NCBI GenBank assembly: GCA_913046155.1 | Contig: CAJWRY010000001.1 | Coordinates: 25,366 to 89,365, forward strand | Length of the DNA stretch: 64,000 bases | Reading direction: 5' to 3' | Source of the DNA: an uncultured Candidatus Nemicrothrix sp. | GTDB lineage: Bacteria > Actinomycetota > Acidimicrobiia > Acidimicrobiales > UBA8592 | Shown here: positions 46,212 to 56,277 of the stretch, piece after piece | How positions within the stretch are numbered: the stretch's first letter is position 1 | Layout: each line of letters opens with the position of its first letter | Notes under the pieces: model-generated | The model's input: the letters and a program-made list of their open reading frames with translations, nothing else | What the model was told of the DNA's origin: nothing | The model's database searches: none | Made by a program: the position numbers and the translations under genes

Positions 46212-49200
46212 ATGACTGCTCATGAGTTTGAAATCATGGTGCAGCGACATCTTGATGGACTGACGGATGAGAATACCCTGCACAGACTGCAGAGTAATCA
46301 GTCGCGATGGGTGGAAACTCTTTTCAGGTTCCTTGAACAAACTGATAAGAGCATTACACGTGTGCGTCGACAACATAGAGGGATTGAACGTAGAACTGTT
46401 TTGGATGACTTGAACTCAGAAGCTGATCGGATAGATAAAGTTTTAACAGATATACTCGGTCCAGCTCCCAGCCAAGAAGTTATCGCCACAGATATCGAAG
46501 AAGATGCCTCTAAAGCTCAAATCCAGCTCGCATGGAGAGACGGAAGGCTCATTGCGTGGCTAGGTGCACATAAATCTCAAACATTTGGACATGAAACCAT
46601 CCTGGATAGCCTTGGACGCATTGGAGCGAACTCTATTGAATGGAGCGCCTCTGACGACCTGCAACTTCCTAACGAGCAATCAGCTCCCTGCGTGTCCGCA
46701 CCTATTTCTTCAACCTTAGGGTGGCTCGTATCCCTTGGCAGTGATCGACCTGATTCGGTTGGGGCAACATCAATTTGGATGGGGTTAGCTGCAGGTTTAG
46801 CTGTGAAACTGGTTGTTGAGGGGAAAATTTATCCAGCCCTACACGAAGTAGGAGGTACTCATAATTCTGATTCAGGTGATGCTCTATTCCATGTGAGGTG
46901 GTCCCCTGCTCTGATTGATTTGGATGCCCACGCAGCGCTTGTCGCTTCGACTCCAAGTGCTGTAATGCTTGCATGCGATGAGACAGACCGTCATCGTTTC
47001 GTTGGAAAAGTTTTATCAGATTTAACTGATTCAATTGTTCGCATGGCAGCGGGTCAAGTCAAACTTCCTTATGCTCCTGCTGATATTAAATCAAGGGAAG
47101 ATTTCGGTGAGATGGTTGTAGCGGGCCTTGATGGAATGGCTTTTCGAGGCAATTCGGATTACGGATCAGATATCTCTAGAAGACTTAATCAGTGGGCTGT
47201 TCCAGTAACAGGCATCGAGAAGCTCCGCCTCTTGGTTCGCCTCAGCCCTCCTGATGATTCAGGAGCTTGGCTAAGCGAAGTGCTCGTTCCAATTGAGTCT
47301 GGCGGCCTGGAACCTATTGAAATAACTATAAATACTGGGAGTGAAACCCGGCGCAAACTAGTAAATAAGCAGATTTCACGACTGGAACGTCTTTTCCCTG
47401 AACTATTAAGACCTGGAGGTCGAAGGCGGGGTGAAGTTCTTCTCTCACAATCAGAGGCTTGGGATTTGATGACCCATACTGGCGAGAAACTTAAAGCGGC
47501 AGGGTTTGACGTTGAAGTTCCTGCTATGTCGAAACGAAAGGCGACTCCAATATTACGGATCACAGCAGAATCACAAGAAACCATGGTAAGTGCGCAGCAA
47601 CTTGCTGATATCAGTTGGAGTGCCGTGTTTGATGATGTTGAACTTAATGCCGAGGAGATAGAGCGTCTTGCAAGTGAAGCTCGACCGCTTGTTGAGTCTA
47701 AAGGACAATGGATTGAATTAGATAAAGCTGATCTTGCAGAAGCAGCCGCAGCGCTTGCTGAATACTCTAAGAAAACTCAAATGAGCGGAGCGGAAATGCT
47801 TCGCCATGCTTTGGGTCTTGAGGGGCGCGCCCTCGGAGGCATCACGCTTGATGGTGACGGGTGGGCCGCAGATTTATTGCGAAGCGTAAAGGACTTACCG
47901 GAGAACCCTATTACGAAGCCCGAAGGCTTTGTGGGCGAACTTCGCTCATATCAAGCAGATGCTTTAGCATGGATCAATTTCCTTGACAACGCTGGTTTAG
48001 GAGGATGTCTTGCGCTTGATATGGGCTTAGGGAAAACTCCCACAACATTAGCTAATCTAGCTAACACTCCCCGTCCAGAACCTGGCCTCGTGATTGCTCC
48101 ACCAGCTGTAGTCGGGAACTGGAGAGTTGAGGCAACTAGGTTTGTCCCTGATGCTTCAGTACTGGTTCATCATGGCCCTAATAGAGCTAAGGGAGATAAG
48201 TTGAAGAACGCAGTAGCTAAACATGACATTGTTATAACTACATATGGGACTGCTGTCAGAGATATTGACCAGCTCAAAGAAATTCAATGGTCAAAGGTAG
48301 TTCTTGATGAAGCACAAGCAATTAAGAATCCCGCAGCTGAGACTTCGCAACAATTACGGAAGTTAAATGCCCATTCACGAATTGCTCTAACGGGAACGCC
48401 GATAGAAAACGGTTTGGGTGACCTATGGTCAATTCTAGACTGGGCAAATCCGGATCTTCTTGGCCCTCGAAATCAGTTCATTGCCCAACTTACGCCTGAG
48501 AAACGTATTGAATCAGGAAATGAAAATGCATTGAAGGCATTAAACGGGATCATGGTCTACCGGCGAACGAAATCTGAGCCTTTAATCGCAGCTGAACTTC
48601 CAGACAGAATTGATGAGCTTGACCATTGCGCTATGACTGCTGAACAAATAGGACTATACAAAGCTGTCGTCGATAGTTTGATAGAAGAAACGGAAATGAC
48701 TAAAGCCGGGTCACCTCAGAGAAAAGGTGCTGTTCTTGCCGCCATTACTGCTTTGAAGCAAATATGTAATCATCCATTAAATTACCAAGATGATGGGCTC
48801 GGAATTGAGGGTCGATCTGGGAAGTTAGAACGACTCTACGAGATAATGGAAACTGTGTTTGCTGCCGATGAACGTGTTTTGGTGTTCACACATTTTGCAA
48901 CTTGGGGTGAACGCCTTGCCACTCATCTCACTGAGCGCTATGAATTGCCAATTCATTGCTACCACGGTGGTTTGGGGAGATCTGCTCGCGATCAAATGGT
49001 TGATAGTTTCCAGAAAGGGAAGGGTCGAGGTGCTATGGTTCTGTCTCTTAAAGCTGGAGGGACGGGCTTAAATTTGACCGCAGCAAATCATGTTGTCTTA
49101 TATGACCGGTGGTGGAATCCTGCAGTTGAGGATCAAGCCAGAGACAGAGTCTGGCGTATTGGACAGAAAAATACTGTTATCGCCCACCGGCTAATTTGCC

Positions 49201-49385
49201 CGGGAACCGTTGATGAACGTGTCGAGGAAGTTGTTGCGGGGAAACGGCAAATAGCTAACTTAGTTCTGCCGAAATCCAGTTCAATTGGTGACCTTGACGC
49301 TACCCAGTTGCAAGAAGCTTTGGGAATTGATGCTGACTCGTTGCTTGCGTTTGAATCGGCGCAAGGAAATGGAGAAGCTTCATGA
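46212..49385 (+). CDS. SNF2-family DEAD/DEAH-box helicase
   Basis: LRSYQ, DMGLGKT, LDEAQ.IKN, LTGTPIEN, SLKAGGTGLNLT.ANHV..YDRWWNPAVEDQA.DR..RIGQ. Confidence 0.95.
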   Translation: MTAHEFEIMVQRHLDGLTDENTLHRLQSNQSRWVETLFRFLEQTDKSITRVRRQHRGIERRTVLDDLNSEADRIDKVLTDILGPAPSQEVIATDIEEDASKAQIQLAWRDGRLIAWLGAHKSQTFGHETILDSLGRIGANSIEWSASDDLQLPNEQSAPCVSAPISSTLGWLVSLGSDRPDSVGATSIWMGLAAGLAVKLVVEGKIYPALHEVGGTHNSDSGDALFHVRWSPALIDLDAHAALVASTPSAVMLACDETDRHRFVGKVLSDLTDSIVRMAAGQVKLPYAPADIKSREDFGEMVVAGLDGMAFRGNSDYGSDISRRLNQWAVPVTGIEKLRLLVRLSPPDDSGAWLSEVLVPIESGGLEPIEITINTGSETRRKLVNKQISRLERLFPELLRPGGRRRGEVLLSQSEAWDLMTHTGEKLKAAGFDVEVPAMSKRKATPILRITAESQETMVSAQQLADISWSAVFDDVELNAEEIERLASEARPLVESKGQWIELDKADLAEAAAALAEYSKKTQMSGAEMLRHALGLEGRALGGITLDGDGWAADLLRSVKDLPENPITKPEGFVGELRSYQADALAWINFLDNAGLGGCLALDMGLGKTPTTLANLANTPRPEPGLVIAPPAVVGNWRVEATRFVPDASVLVHHGPNRAKGDKLKNAVAKHDIVITTYGTAVRDIDQLKEIQWSKVVLDEAQAIKNPAAETSQQLRKLNAHSRIALTGTPIENGLGDLWSILDWANPDLLGPRNQFIAQLTPEKRIESGNENALKALNGIMVYRRTKSEPLIAAELPDRIDELDHCAMTAEQIGLYKAVVDSLIEETEMTKAGSPQRKGAVLAAITALKQICNHPLNYQDDGLGIEGRSGKLERLYEIMETVFAADERVLVFTHFATWGERLATHLTERYELPIHCYHGGLGRSARDQMVDSFQKGKGRGAMVLSLKAGGTGLNLTAANHVVLYDRWWNPAVEDQARDRVWRIGQKNTVIAHRLICPGTVDERVEEVVAGKRQIANLVLPKSSSIGDLDATQLQEALGIDADSLLAFESAQGNGEAS

Positions 49386-49795
49386 CTAGAAGAAATGCGA
49401 CTAGGGGTTCGTCCGCTGCTCAACCTATGAATACGACGGGCAGGAAAAAGCGACGTAGGAACAGAAATAGAGCAGACCCAAAAAAGTTTTGGGGAAACAA
49501 AGAGGCTCTTCCGTTGCCTGTTCATGATGTGGAAGTTCCGTCGACAACGCAAGCTGTTTTGGACTCTTTGGGGAAACCTCCTATACCGGGACAGGAAGTG
49601 CCCTCTTTGGAATATTTAGGCGAGATCTATAACCGTTCAGCAGGACTAGCGTTCGCGCTGGCTGCTGCCGGAGGACTTGATAAATCCCTTCCTGACGGCA
49701 TTGATCAAGAACTAGACCCTGTTAATACTATTAATGACGATGATCCCTATAATATTCTTCGACCTGAAGATGATATTGATGGGAATCGTATTTAA
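49382..49795 (+). CDS. Hypothetical protein coupled to SNF2
   Basis: ATGA overlap with GGAG RBS; basic N-terminus, FWG...SLG.PP.PG motif. Confidence 0.7.
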   Translation: MTRRNATRGSSAAQPMNTTGRKKRRRNRNRADPKKFWGNKEALPLPVHDVEVPSTTQAVLDSLGKPPIPGQEVPSLEYLGEIYNRSAGLAFALAAAGGLDKSLPDGIDQELDPVNTINDDDPYNILRPEDDIDGNRI

Positions 49796-50718
49796 AATAA
49801 TTTTGCTTGGACGCTTATTTCATCTCCGGTTATTTTCCCAGTTTCAACGCTGATTCCTAAGAGTTCATCTAAATCTGCGAGTAGTGTCATTCCCGAACTG
49901 TGGTTGAGCGCAGCTATCCTCCCGACAACACTTCTCACTTTCATATCATGACTGCCAGTTGAGAGACTGATTGGGTATTTTTGAATCTTTTCCCAACATG
50001 TTTCTGTACTGTATTCGTTGTCCCATGTTGTAGCTATTTCGGTAATCTCAGTTATTCCTGAGGTCAGGATACAGTCTTTTACTTTTCCTAAAAGTATTTT
50101 GAGTTCTTTTTGTAGGGAGTCTCGCACTAAAGGGTTCAGTAATCCATCTATCTTTTTTCGTATTGAGATTGCTTGCCCTATACCCAATTCCTCGGTAATT
50201 AGGTCTTCTAGCAACCGTACTGTGATCCCATCAGGTGTTTCCACGACTAAGACTGCGTGAATGGCGCCTTGTTCAAGAAGGCGTGTGTGGATTCTAGTTG
50301 ACGCACTTGTACCAACTTTTGTTGATCCGTCAAAGAAACCGGCAATGTAAAGAATATTTTCCTTTTGCATCCGCTTAAGGATTTTTTGTGAAATTGAGCT
50401 TCGGTCTTTTGTATGCACGTTATGGAATTGTGCTGCGAAAATATTATCTTCTCGAATGCAGCTGCCACATTTCTTTCCGCTTTTGACTAGTTTCTCACAC
50501 CTATTTTGTTTCTCGTCCTCGAATAGATCACCGTAATTGACACACATTCTCTCCAGTGGTGTAGGTACCTGATATGAAAAGTCATACCCTATCAAACTCT
50601 GAGTGGTGACCGTCTCTGCATCGTGGTCGTAAATTTGGATATGTGGTTGATTGTTTCTCCACAATACTTTCAGGTAAGTAATTTTTCTGTAGGAACTATC
50701 GTTGACTATTTTTTTCAT
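49792..50718 (-). CDS. DUF2797-like protein
   Basis: R.C...C...CGSC, LYIAGF...KVGT...RLLEQGA. Confidence 0.75.
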   Translation of the reverse strand: MKKIVNDSSYRKITYLKVLWRNNQPHIQIYDHDAETVTTQSLIGYDFSYQVPTPLERMCVNYGDLFEDEKQNRCEKLVKSGKKCGSCIREDNIFAAQFHNVHTKDRSSISQKILKRMQKENILYIAGFFDGSTKVGTSASTRIHTRLLEQGAIHAVLVVETPDGITVRLLEDLITEELGIGQAISIRKKIDGLLNPLVRDSLQKELKILLGKVKDCILTSGITEITEIATTWDNEYSTETCWEKIQKYPISLSTGSHDMKVRSVVGRIAALNHSSGMTLLADLDELLGISVETGKITGDEISVQAKLF

Positions 50719-50774
50719 TCTAAATATTTTAATCGGTGTACGTTAAGAGTGTTCTAAAGCTATCGTTCGTATTT

Positions 50775-51407
50775 ATGGATACTTCTCCCCCATCTCAATT
50801 TATTGTCACTTTGGATGTTGAAGGTGTTTTGACACCAGAGATATGGATAGCTGTCGCTGACCATTTTGGTATTGATGAACTGAAGAGGACTACAAAAGAC
50901 GAACCTCATTATCAGTTACTCATGGAACAGCGAATTAGGTTGGTAAATGAGCACGATATCAGTTTGGCGGATATCCAGTCTATTATTTCATCGTTATCTC
51001 CCCTTGAGGGTGCTTTGGCTTTTCTAAATGAGCTACGTTCAACTGTTCCAGTAGTCTTGCTTTCTGATACTTTTGAGGAATTTATTGGCCCATTGATGCT
51101 TCAATTACAGAAGCCTTTAGTTTTATGCCATAGGCTTTTGATTGATGACGATGGACATATCTCAAGCTTTGCGGAGCGAATTCCAGACCAGAAGTTTGAA
51201 GCCGTTCGTGCTTTACAGAGGTTAAATTATCAAGTGATCGCAGCCGGTGATTCCTACAACGATTTATCAATGATTGATCAGGCTGACGCAGGGTTTTTAT
51301 TTAGAGCCCCGAACCATGTTCGCACAGAGCGTTCCGACCTTGCGTGCTTTGATGATTACAGCGATTTGCTCTCATCCATCAAGAACATTATCGAAAGCGG
51401 TTGCTAG
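50775..51407 (+). CDS. thrH: Phosphoserine phosphatase / homoserine phosphotransferase (HAD)
   Basis: LDVEGVL.PEIW, LSDTF, LCH.L, AAGDSYND..M. Confidence 0.92.
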   Translation: MDTSPPSQFIVTLDVEGVLTPEIWIAVADHFGIDELKRTTKDEPHYQLLMEQRIRLVNEHDISLADIQSIISSLSPLEGALAFLNELRSTVPVVLLSDTFEEFIGPLMLQLQKPLVLCHRLLIDDDGHISSFAERIPDQKFEAVRALQRLNYQVIAAGDSYNDLSMIDQADAGFLFRAPNHVRTERSDLACFDDYSDLLSSIKNIIESGC

Positions 51408-52609
51408 TCCCATCTAACAGGCAATTTTGAGAACCCTTTGAGAACGCCTGCTGAAGTTTGTGTGGGAGGTCCATTAGCACGTATTTTCGGCAATCTTCTG
51501 GTTATCGCTGCTAGAGCAACCTTCCCTTCAAGGCGACTTAACGGAGCTCCAAGGCAATAATGCGATCCGACTCCAAATGAAGTGTGGTTACGAAGAGCTA
51601 TAGGGTCTCTATTTATATCAAATACATCCGGATTCTTCCAGAGGTTCGGATCTCTATTTGCAGAACCGAACATCATACAAACCTTAGAATCAACAGGTAC
51701 TGTAACTCCGTGAAAAGTAACTTCTTCTGTATTTGTTCTGAATAAGCCGTGTACTGGAGCATCAAATCGGAGACTTTCTTCAATTGCATTTGGAATTCGG
51801 TCAGGTTCTGATTTGAGGACTTCAAATTGCTCTGGGTATTCCATGAGTCGATGCAGAACGTTCCCTATCATGAGGGTTGTTGTTTCTGAACCGGCTACTA
51901 GAAGAAATTGGCAGAATCCAAGTATTTTCTTTGTTGAGAGGTTCTTGCCGTCATTAGTTACCGTAAGTAGTCGAGTTAATAAGTCTTCAGGGACGTCCTG
52001 CCCGGTAATCAGACGATCTTTTCTTTCTGCAATATGGTTGCCGAAATATTCGAAGAAGTCCTGATAGGCCGATTTTACTTCAGTGGACGCTTCTCGTCCT
52101 CCTGAGTATGCGACTGCCTCTGCCATTCGAAGTACCCAGCTTCGGAAAAGGCCGATGTCTTTTGTGGGAGTACCGAGCAACCAACACATAACAGTAAGAG
52201 GAATCGGAGCTGCGAACTCTTCAATGATGTTTCCCGACATGTTCTCCTCAAATTGATCGATGAGTTCGTCGGCTAAATCAACAATTTCTCTTTCCATCTT
52301 TTCAATAGTTGAGGCCTTAAATATTCTTGAGATCGCGATTCGTTCTTGTGTATGTTCTGGAGGGTCGCTTGAAACAAGCACTCCGGTTCCTGGCTCCGAA
52401 TACGCTAATCCTGGGCCAAATTTAGAAGACCATATTTTCTCATCTCGTAATGCTGCTGTTACGTCCTCTCCTCTTGTTAGCGTGTAATGGGCAGAAGGTT
52501 CGCTTGTGTGATGAACCGGACATTTATCTCTCAGTAAACTCATTACAGTTGTTGGATTATCTTGAAAATGCTGGTCAGCAAAACTGAATGTAATATCTTC
52601 TGAATTCAT
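51404..52609 (-). CDS. Cytochrome P450 (canonical)
   Basis: DPPEH, AGSETT, EESLR, FGVGSHYCLGAPLSRLE. Confidence 0.95.
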   Translation of the reverse strand: MNSEDITFSFADQHFQDNPTTVMSLLRDKCPVHHTSEPSAHYTLTRGEDVTAALRDEKIWSSKFGPGLAYSEPGTGVLVSSDPPEHTQERIAISRIFKASTIEKMEREIVDLADELIDQFEENMSGNIIEEFAAPIPLTVMCWLLGTPTKDIGLFRSWVLRMAEAVAYSGGREASTEVKSAYQDFFEYFGNHIAERKDRLITGQDVPEDLLTRLLTVTNDGKNLSTKKILGFCQFLLVAGSETTTLMIGNVLHRLMEYPEQFEVLKSEPDRIPNAIEESLRFDAPVHGLFRTNTEEVTFHGVTVPVDSKVCMMFGSANRDPNLWKNPDVFDINRDPIALRNHTSFGVGSHYCLGAPLSRLEGKVALAAITRRLPKIRANGPPTQTSAGVLKGFSKLPVRWD

Positions 52610-52615
52610 TTATTC

Positions 52616-54583
52616 CTAGAGTGACCGTATAAGGTTTGCTGCTTGATGGATTGCTGCTTGGATTCCATTTGTTCCTGATGCATCACCGATTGTGTGAATT
52701 GCCTGGTTTGATTGAAGAGATTGGTTTGTTAGGTAGTCTCCTAATTCTCTGTTGGGGTGATTATAGGTAACTAAAGCTACTGTGTTGGCTTGAAGCCTTC
52801 GTTTGCGTTCTGTGAATGGGACTCCAATCATAACTTCATCTTGAGTTATAGCTTGGATGTAGTGTCCTCCTATGAAGTCAAAATTTTGGGACATGAGCCG
52901 TTCTTTCGCTGCTTCAACGGTTGCAGGAGGGTACGGAAGTGAAGCACCGAGGCTCTCATATCTGCTGACGAGAGTTACTTGCATTCCGCGCTCAAGAAGA
53001 GCGTCTGCTACTGAAATTGCCTCAAATGTTCCAGTGTCATCAAAGATAACTGCGGGCCCTTCTGTATTTACTCTTCCGCCGAATCCCAGAACATCCCAAC
53101 TGCTGTAAACATGATTCAAATCAAATCCTTTTAAGGGAGCAATAGGTGTTGTTAACTGGAATCCATCTTTTCGAGGAGTAGAGCCGGTGGCTAGAATAAC
53201 CCGATCTGGAGATATCTCGGCGACCAAATCGGGATCAACTAGCGAATTTAATGTGACGTTCACTTTGAGTCGTTCCATTTCTGTTTCTAGCCATTTTGTG
53301 ATTGCTCCAAGGTCAGACCGATGTGGCGCAGTGGCAGCAATTGTTACTTGCCCTCCTAGTCGTTTGGTTGCTTCGTGAAGGTGCACGTCGTGACCTAGTA
53401 TTGCTGCTGTTCGGGCTGCTTCAAGTCCGGCAGGGCCGCCTCCGACAATGAGGATCTTCTCTATTGATTTTGGTTTTTCGGTTGGTTCGAATGTGACTTC
53501 TGTTTCATTTGCGGCAGCGATATTAACGACACATCCGAGTTTGCCTGTTGACATGATTTGCCCGACACAGCCAAAGTTTGATCCGATGCAGGGACGGATT
53601 AGGTCGGGGTTACCTTGTTTCGCCTTATTGACTAGTCCGGGGTCTGCGATGAGAGCACGAACCATAGAAACCATATCGGCCTGCCCTTCATTTATAATTG
53701 TGTCTGCTTGATCTAGTGTCATTATTCGCCCTACGACGATTGTTGGCTTCGTTAGTTGTCTTATTATCGGCTCGTTGGCAGGCATTTCGTGGCCGAGTGG
53801 GTCATCCATCGGAGAGAGCAGTTTATGGAATCGCCAATATGAACCCATGTGAAGTGAAATATAATCGACGTAGGGTTCAACTATTTTTGCTATTTCTGCA
53901 TTGTCTTCAGCTGTCAGTCCTCCCGGAATATATTCTTCGTTGGGCAGCCTTATCCCTACGCAGATATCGTTGCCAACCTCTTCTCGAATGGCGTGGATAA
54001 TCTCCATAAGGAATCGCATGCGGTTCTCTAGAGAACCTCCGTATTGGTCTGTGCGTATGTTATTAGCCGGCGATAGGAACTGTTCGATGAGGTATCCACT
54101 GGAGGCATGAATATCAACTCCATCTAAGCCCCCGTCTCTGCATCTACGGGCAGCAGCGGCGAATGAATGAACCATCTCTTCGATCATTGACCTAGTCATC
54201 TCTATCGGAATTCCCCCAGCGATAGGATTTGGGATGGGACTGGAAGATATCTGAGTTGTTCCTTTTCCTGGTGCTCGAGCAGATCCTGGATGGTATATTT
54301 GCTGAAGCATTTTCATACCGTGTGGTTTAAGGGCAGTGCTTAGCTCTTTGTAGAAATCGATAACTGCATCGTCATGTAGCGGGATAATGCTTCTCATAGC
54401 AGGTGAAGAAAGATGGACACTTGTTGCTTCAAGTGTGCTCATTCCTACTCCACCGACTGCACGTGCTTCATGGTATGCAATCAGTCGCTTGAGTGGTAAC
54501 GCTGTTGAATGAGCAGAACGAACGATTCTATTTGGAATAGTAAGTGGACCAACGTTGATTGGTTGGAATAACTGCTCGTACAT
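52616..54583 (-). CDS. NADH:flavin oxidoreductase (OYE barrel + Fe-S + FAD domain, FadH/BaiCD-like)
   Basis: NRIV, GYLIEQFLSP..N.RTDQYGGSLENR, CIGSNFGC...CVVN, GGGPAGLEAA; GGAGGGG RBS before ATG 54583. Confidence 0.9.
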   Translation of the reverse strand: MYEQLFQPINVGPLTIPNRIVRSAHSTALPLKRLIAYHEARAVGGVGMSTLEATSVHLSSPAMRSIIPLHDDAVIDFYKELSTALKPHGMKMLQQIYHPGSARAPGKGTTQISSSPIPNPIAGGIPIEMTRSMIEEMVHSFAAAARRCRDGGLDGVDIHASSGYLIEQFLSPANNIRTDQYGGSLENRMRFLMEIIHAIREEVGNDICVGIRLPNEEYIPGGLTAEDNAEIAKIVEPYVDYISLHMGSYWRFHKLLSPMDDPLGHEMPANEPIIRQLTKPTIVVGRIMTLDQADTIINEGQADMVSMVRALIADPGLVNKAKQGNPDLIRPCIGSNFGCVGQIMSTGKLGCVVNIAAANETEVTFEPTEKPKSIEKILIVGGGPAGLEAARTAAILGHDVHLHEATKRLGGQVTIAATAPHRSDLGAITKWLETEMERLKVNVTLNSLVDPDLVAEISPDRVILATGSTPRKDGFQLTTPIAPLKGFDLNHVYSSWDVLGFGGRVNTEGPAVIFDDTGTFEAISVADALLERGMQVTLVSRYESLGASLPYPPATVEAAKERLMSQNFDFIGGHYIQAITQDEVMIGVPFTERKRRLQANTVALVTYNHPNRELGDYLTNQSLQSNQAIHTIGDASGTNGIQAAIHQAANLIRSL

Positions 54584-54617
54584 GGCTTCCCCTCCAGCTA
54601 AGCACTGATAATAGTTT

Positions 54618-55739
54618 CTACCCTCGTGGCTCCCTGTCAAGTCCAAGCACTCGTTCGCCGAGAATGTTGCGCATGACGTTCGATGTCCCACCCATAATTG
54701 TGTAGGCGGGAGCGTAAGATAGGCCCTTGGTTAATTGACTATCAAGAAGGGCTTTAGGTCCAAGTACCCGGCTTACAAATTGGGCAACGTTCCATTCATG
54801 TTCGGTGCAGAAGCATTTCGTTGCTGCGCTGAAACCTGATGGGGCTTGTTGAAGAGTTTCACGGTATACGAGGAGTCTTCCTATGTGGTAGCCAGCTTCA
54901 AGTTTACTAATCTCTTGCCGATTTAAAGGATCTGATAGATTCGCACACTTTTTTGCTTCATCGTAAAGAGCTTTGTTGGATACGAGCCTGTCTATGCCAC
55001 CTCGCTCGTGTTCAAGCTGCTTCATCGTTTGTTTGAATGCTGCCCCTTCTTGCCCTACCAGATTCTCTACAGGCACTTCTACATCATTGAAATAGACTTC
55101 ACAAAAGTGCCTGTTCAGTGTCATATCCGTGATGGGCCTCACCTCTATTCCTGGCAGATCCATGGGAACGATTATTTCTGAGATTCCTCGGTGCGGCGGG
55201 CCTTCAGCGTTTGTCCGACAGATTAGGTAACAATAATCAGCTACGTCGCCAAAACTCGTCCAGATCTTTTGCCCATTTATTCGGAAGACATTGCCATCAT
55301 GTTCTGCTGATGTCGACAACGAGGCTAGATCGGATCCACTATCTGGTTCGCTCATGCCTATGCACCATGTTGTTTCTCCAGTGAGCATATGTGGAAGGTA
55401 TTCTGCTTTTTGATCGTCGGTGCCATAGCTAATAACTGTGGGACCCATTTGACGATCTGCGAACCACATTGCAGCTATGGGGGCCCCAGCAGCGATCATT
55501 TCCTCCGCTACAATGACGCGTTCAATCGCTGGACGTTCTTGCCCTCCGTGTTCTTTAGGCCATCCCATTCCGATCCAACCGTTTTCAGCCATAGTCTGCG
55601 CAAACTCTTTTGAAAATCCGTTGATCCAACTATCGTTAAATCGGCCGTGTTTTTCTACTCCTTTGCGTGCTACTTCACGGGCCTGCTCACGTAATTCTTG
55701 CTGTTCATTTGTGAACGTGAATTCAAGTGTGCTTGTCAT
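54618..55739 (-). CDS. Acyl-CoA dehydrogenase (FadE/ChsE-like)
   Basis: IGMSEPDSGSDL, GQKIWTS, LEHERG, TIMGGTS.VMRN. Confidence 0.92.
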   Translation of the reverse strand: MTSTLEFTFTNEQQELREQAREVARKGVEKHGRFNDSWINGFSKEFAQTMAENGWIGMGWPKEHGGQERPAIERVIVAEEMIAAGAPIAAMWFADRQMGPTVISYGTDDQKAEYLPHMLTGETTWCIGMSEPDSGSDLASLSTSAEHDGNVFRINGQKIWTSFGDVADYCYLICRTNAEGPPHRGISEIIVPMDLPGIEVRPITDMTLNRHFCEVYFNDVEVPVENLVGQEGAAFKQTMKQLEHERGGIDRLVSNKALYDEAKKCANLSDPLNRQEISKLEAGYHIGRLLVYRETLQQAPSGFSAATKCFCTEHEWNVAQFVSRVLGPKALLDSQLTKGLSYAPAYTIMGGTSNVMRNILGERVLGLDREPRG

Positions 55740-55753
55740 CTGGTTAAGTCTTG

Positions 55754-56236
55754 TTAACGTAGTTCGTTGACTTTGGTGAGGATTTCTTGAGCGTGTTCTT
55801 TTGTCTTTGGTTTTGTAAACACGTGTACGATCTTTCCTTTCGGGTCGATGAGGAAAGTTGTTCGGTGAAGCCCCATATACGTTTTCCCATAGTTTTTCTT
55901 TTCTCCCCAGACGCCGTACTTACCTATAATTTTGTGATCGGTGTCGGCTATTAGAGGGAAGGATAGGTTGTATTTTGTTGCGAATTTTTCATGACTCGTA
56001 TTAGCGTCTGGGGAAATTCCTATGACCTGAATATCGTGTTTTTTGAGGTTGCCTAGATTATCTTGAAGGTTGCAGGCTTGATTTGTGCAACCTGGCGTGT
56101 TGTCCTTTGGGTAAAAGTAGACTGCTGTGTATTCTCCAAGAAAGTCTGACAGTTTAATTTTATCGCCGGTGAAAGTGACGGATTGAAAGGCGGGTGCTTT
56201 CTTTCCGACAGGTAAAGGTTGTGCTTGTGTATTCAT
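55754..56236 (-). CDS. bcp: Thioredoxin-dependent peroxiredoxin BCP (Cys form)
   Basis: YFYPKDNTPGCTNQAC, GISPD, RTTFLID. Confidence 0.94.
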   Translation of the reverse strand: MNTQAQPLPVGKKAPAFQSVTFTGDKIKLSDFLGEYTAVYFYPKDNTPGCTNQACNLQDNLGNLKKHDIQVIGISPDANTSHEKFATKYNLSFPLIADTDHKIIGKYGVWGEKKNYGKTYMGLHRTTFLIDPKGKIVHVFTKPKTKEHAQEILTKVNELR

Positions 56237-56277
56237 AAATTCCTTTGGTTAATACCCACTCTAGCACTTCGCCTTTT

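Noticed and set aside
46212-50718. SNF2 helicase region as an anti-phage defence island
   Set aside because: No methylase, nuclease or other defence genes or mobility markers nearby; it resembles the common housekeeping bacterial SNF2.
55754-56236. BCP peroxiredoxin as a further selenoprotein
   Set aside because: The active site is encoded as Cys (TPGCTNQAC); no in-frame TGA.
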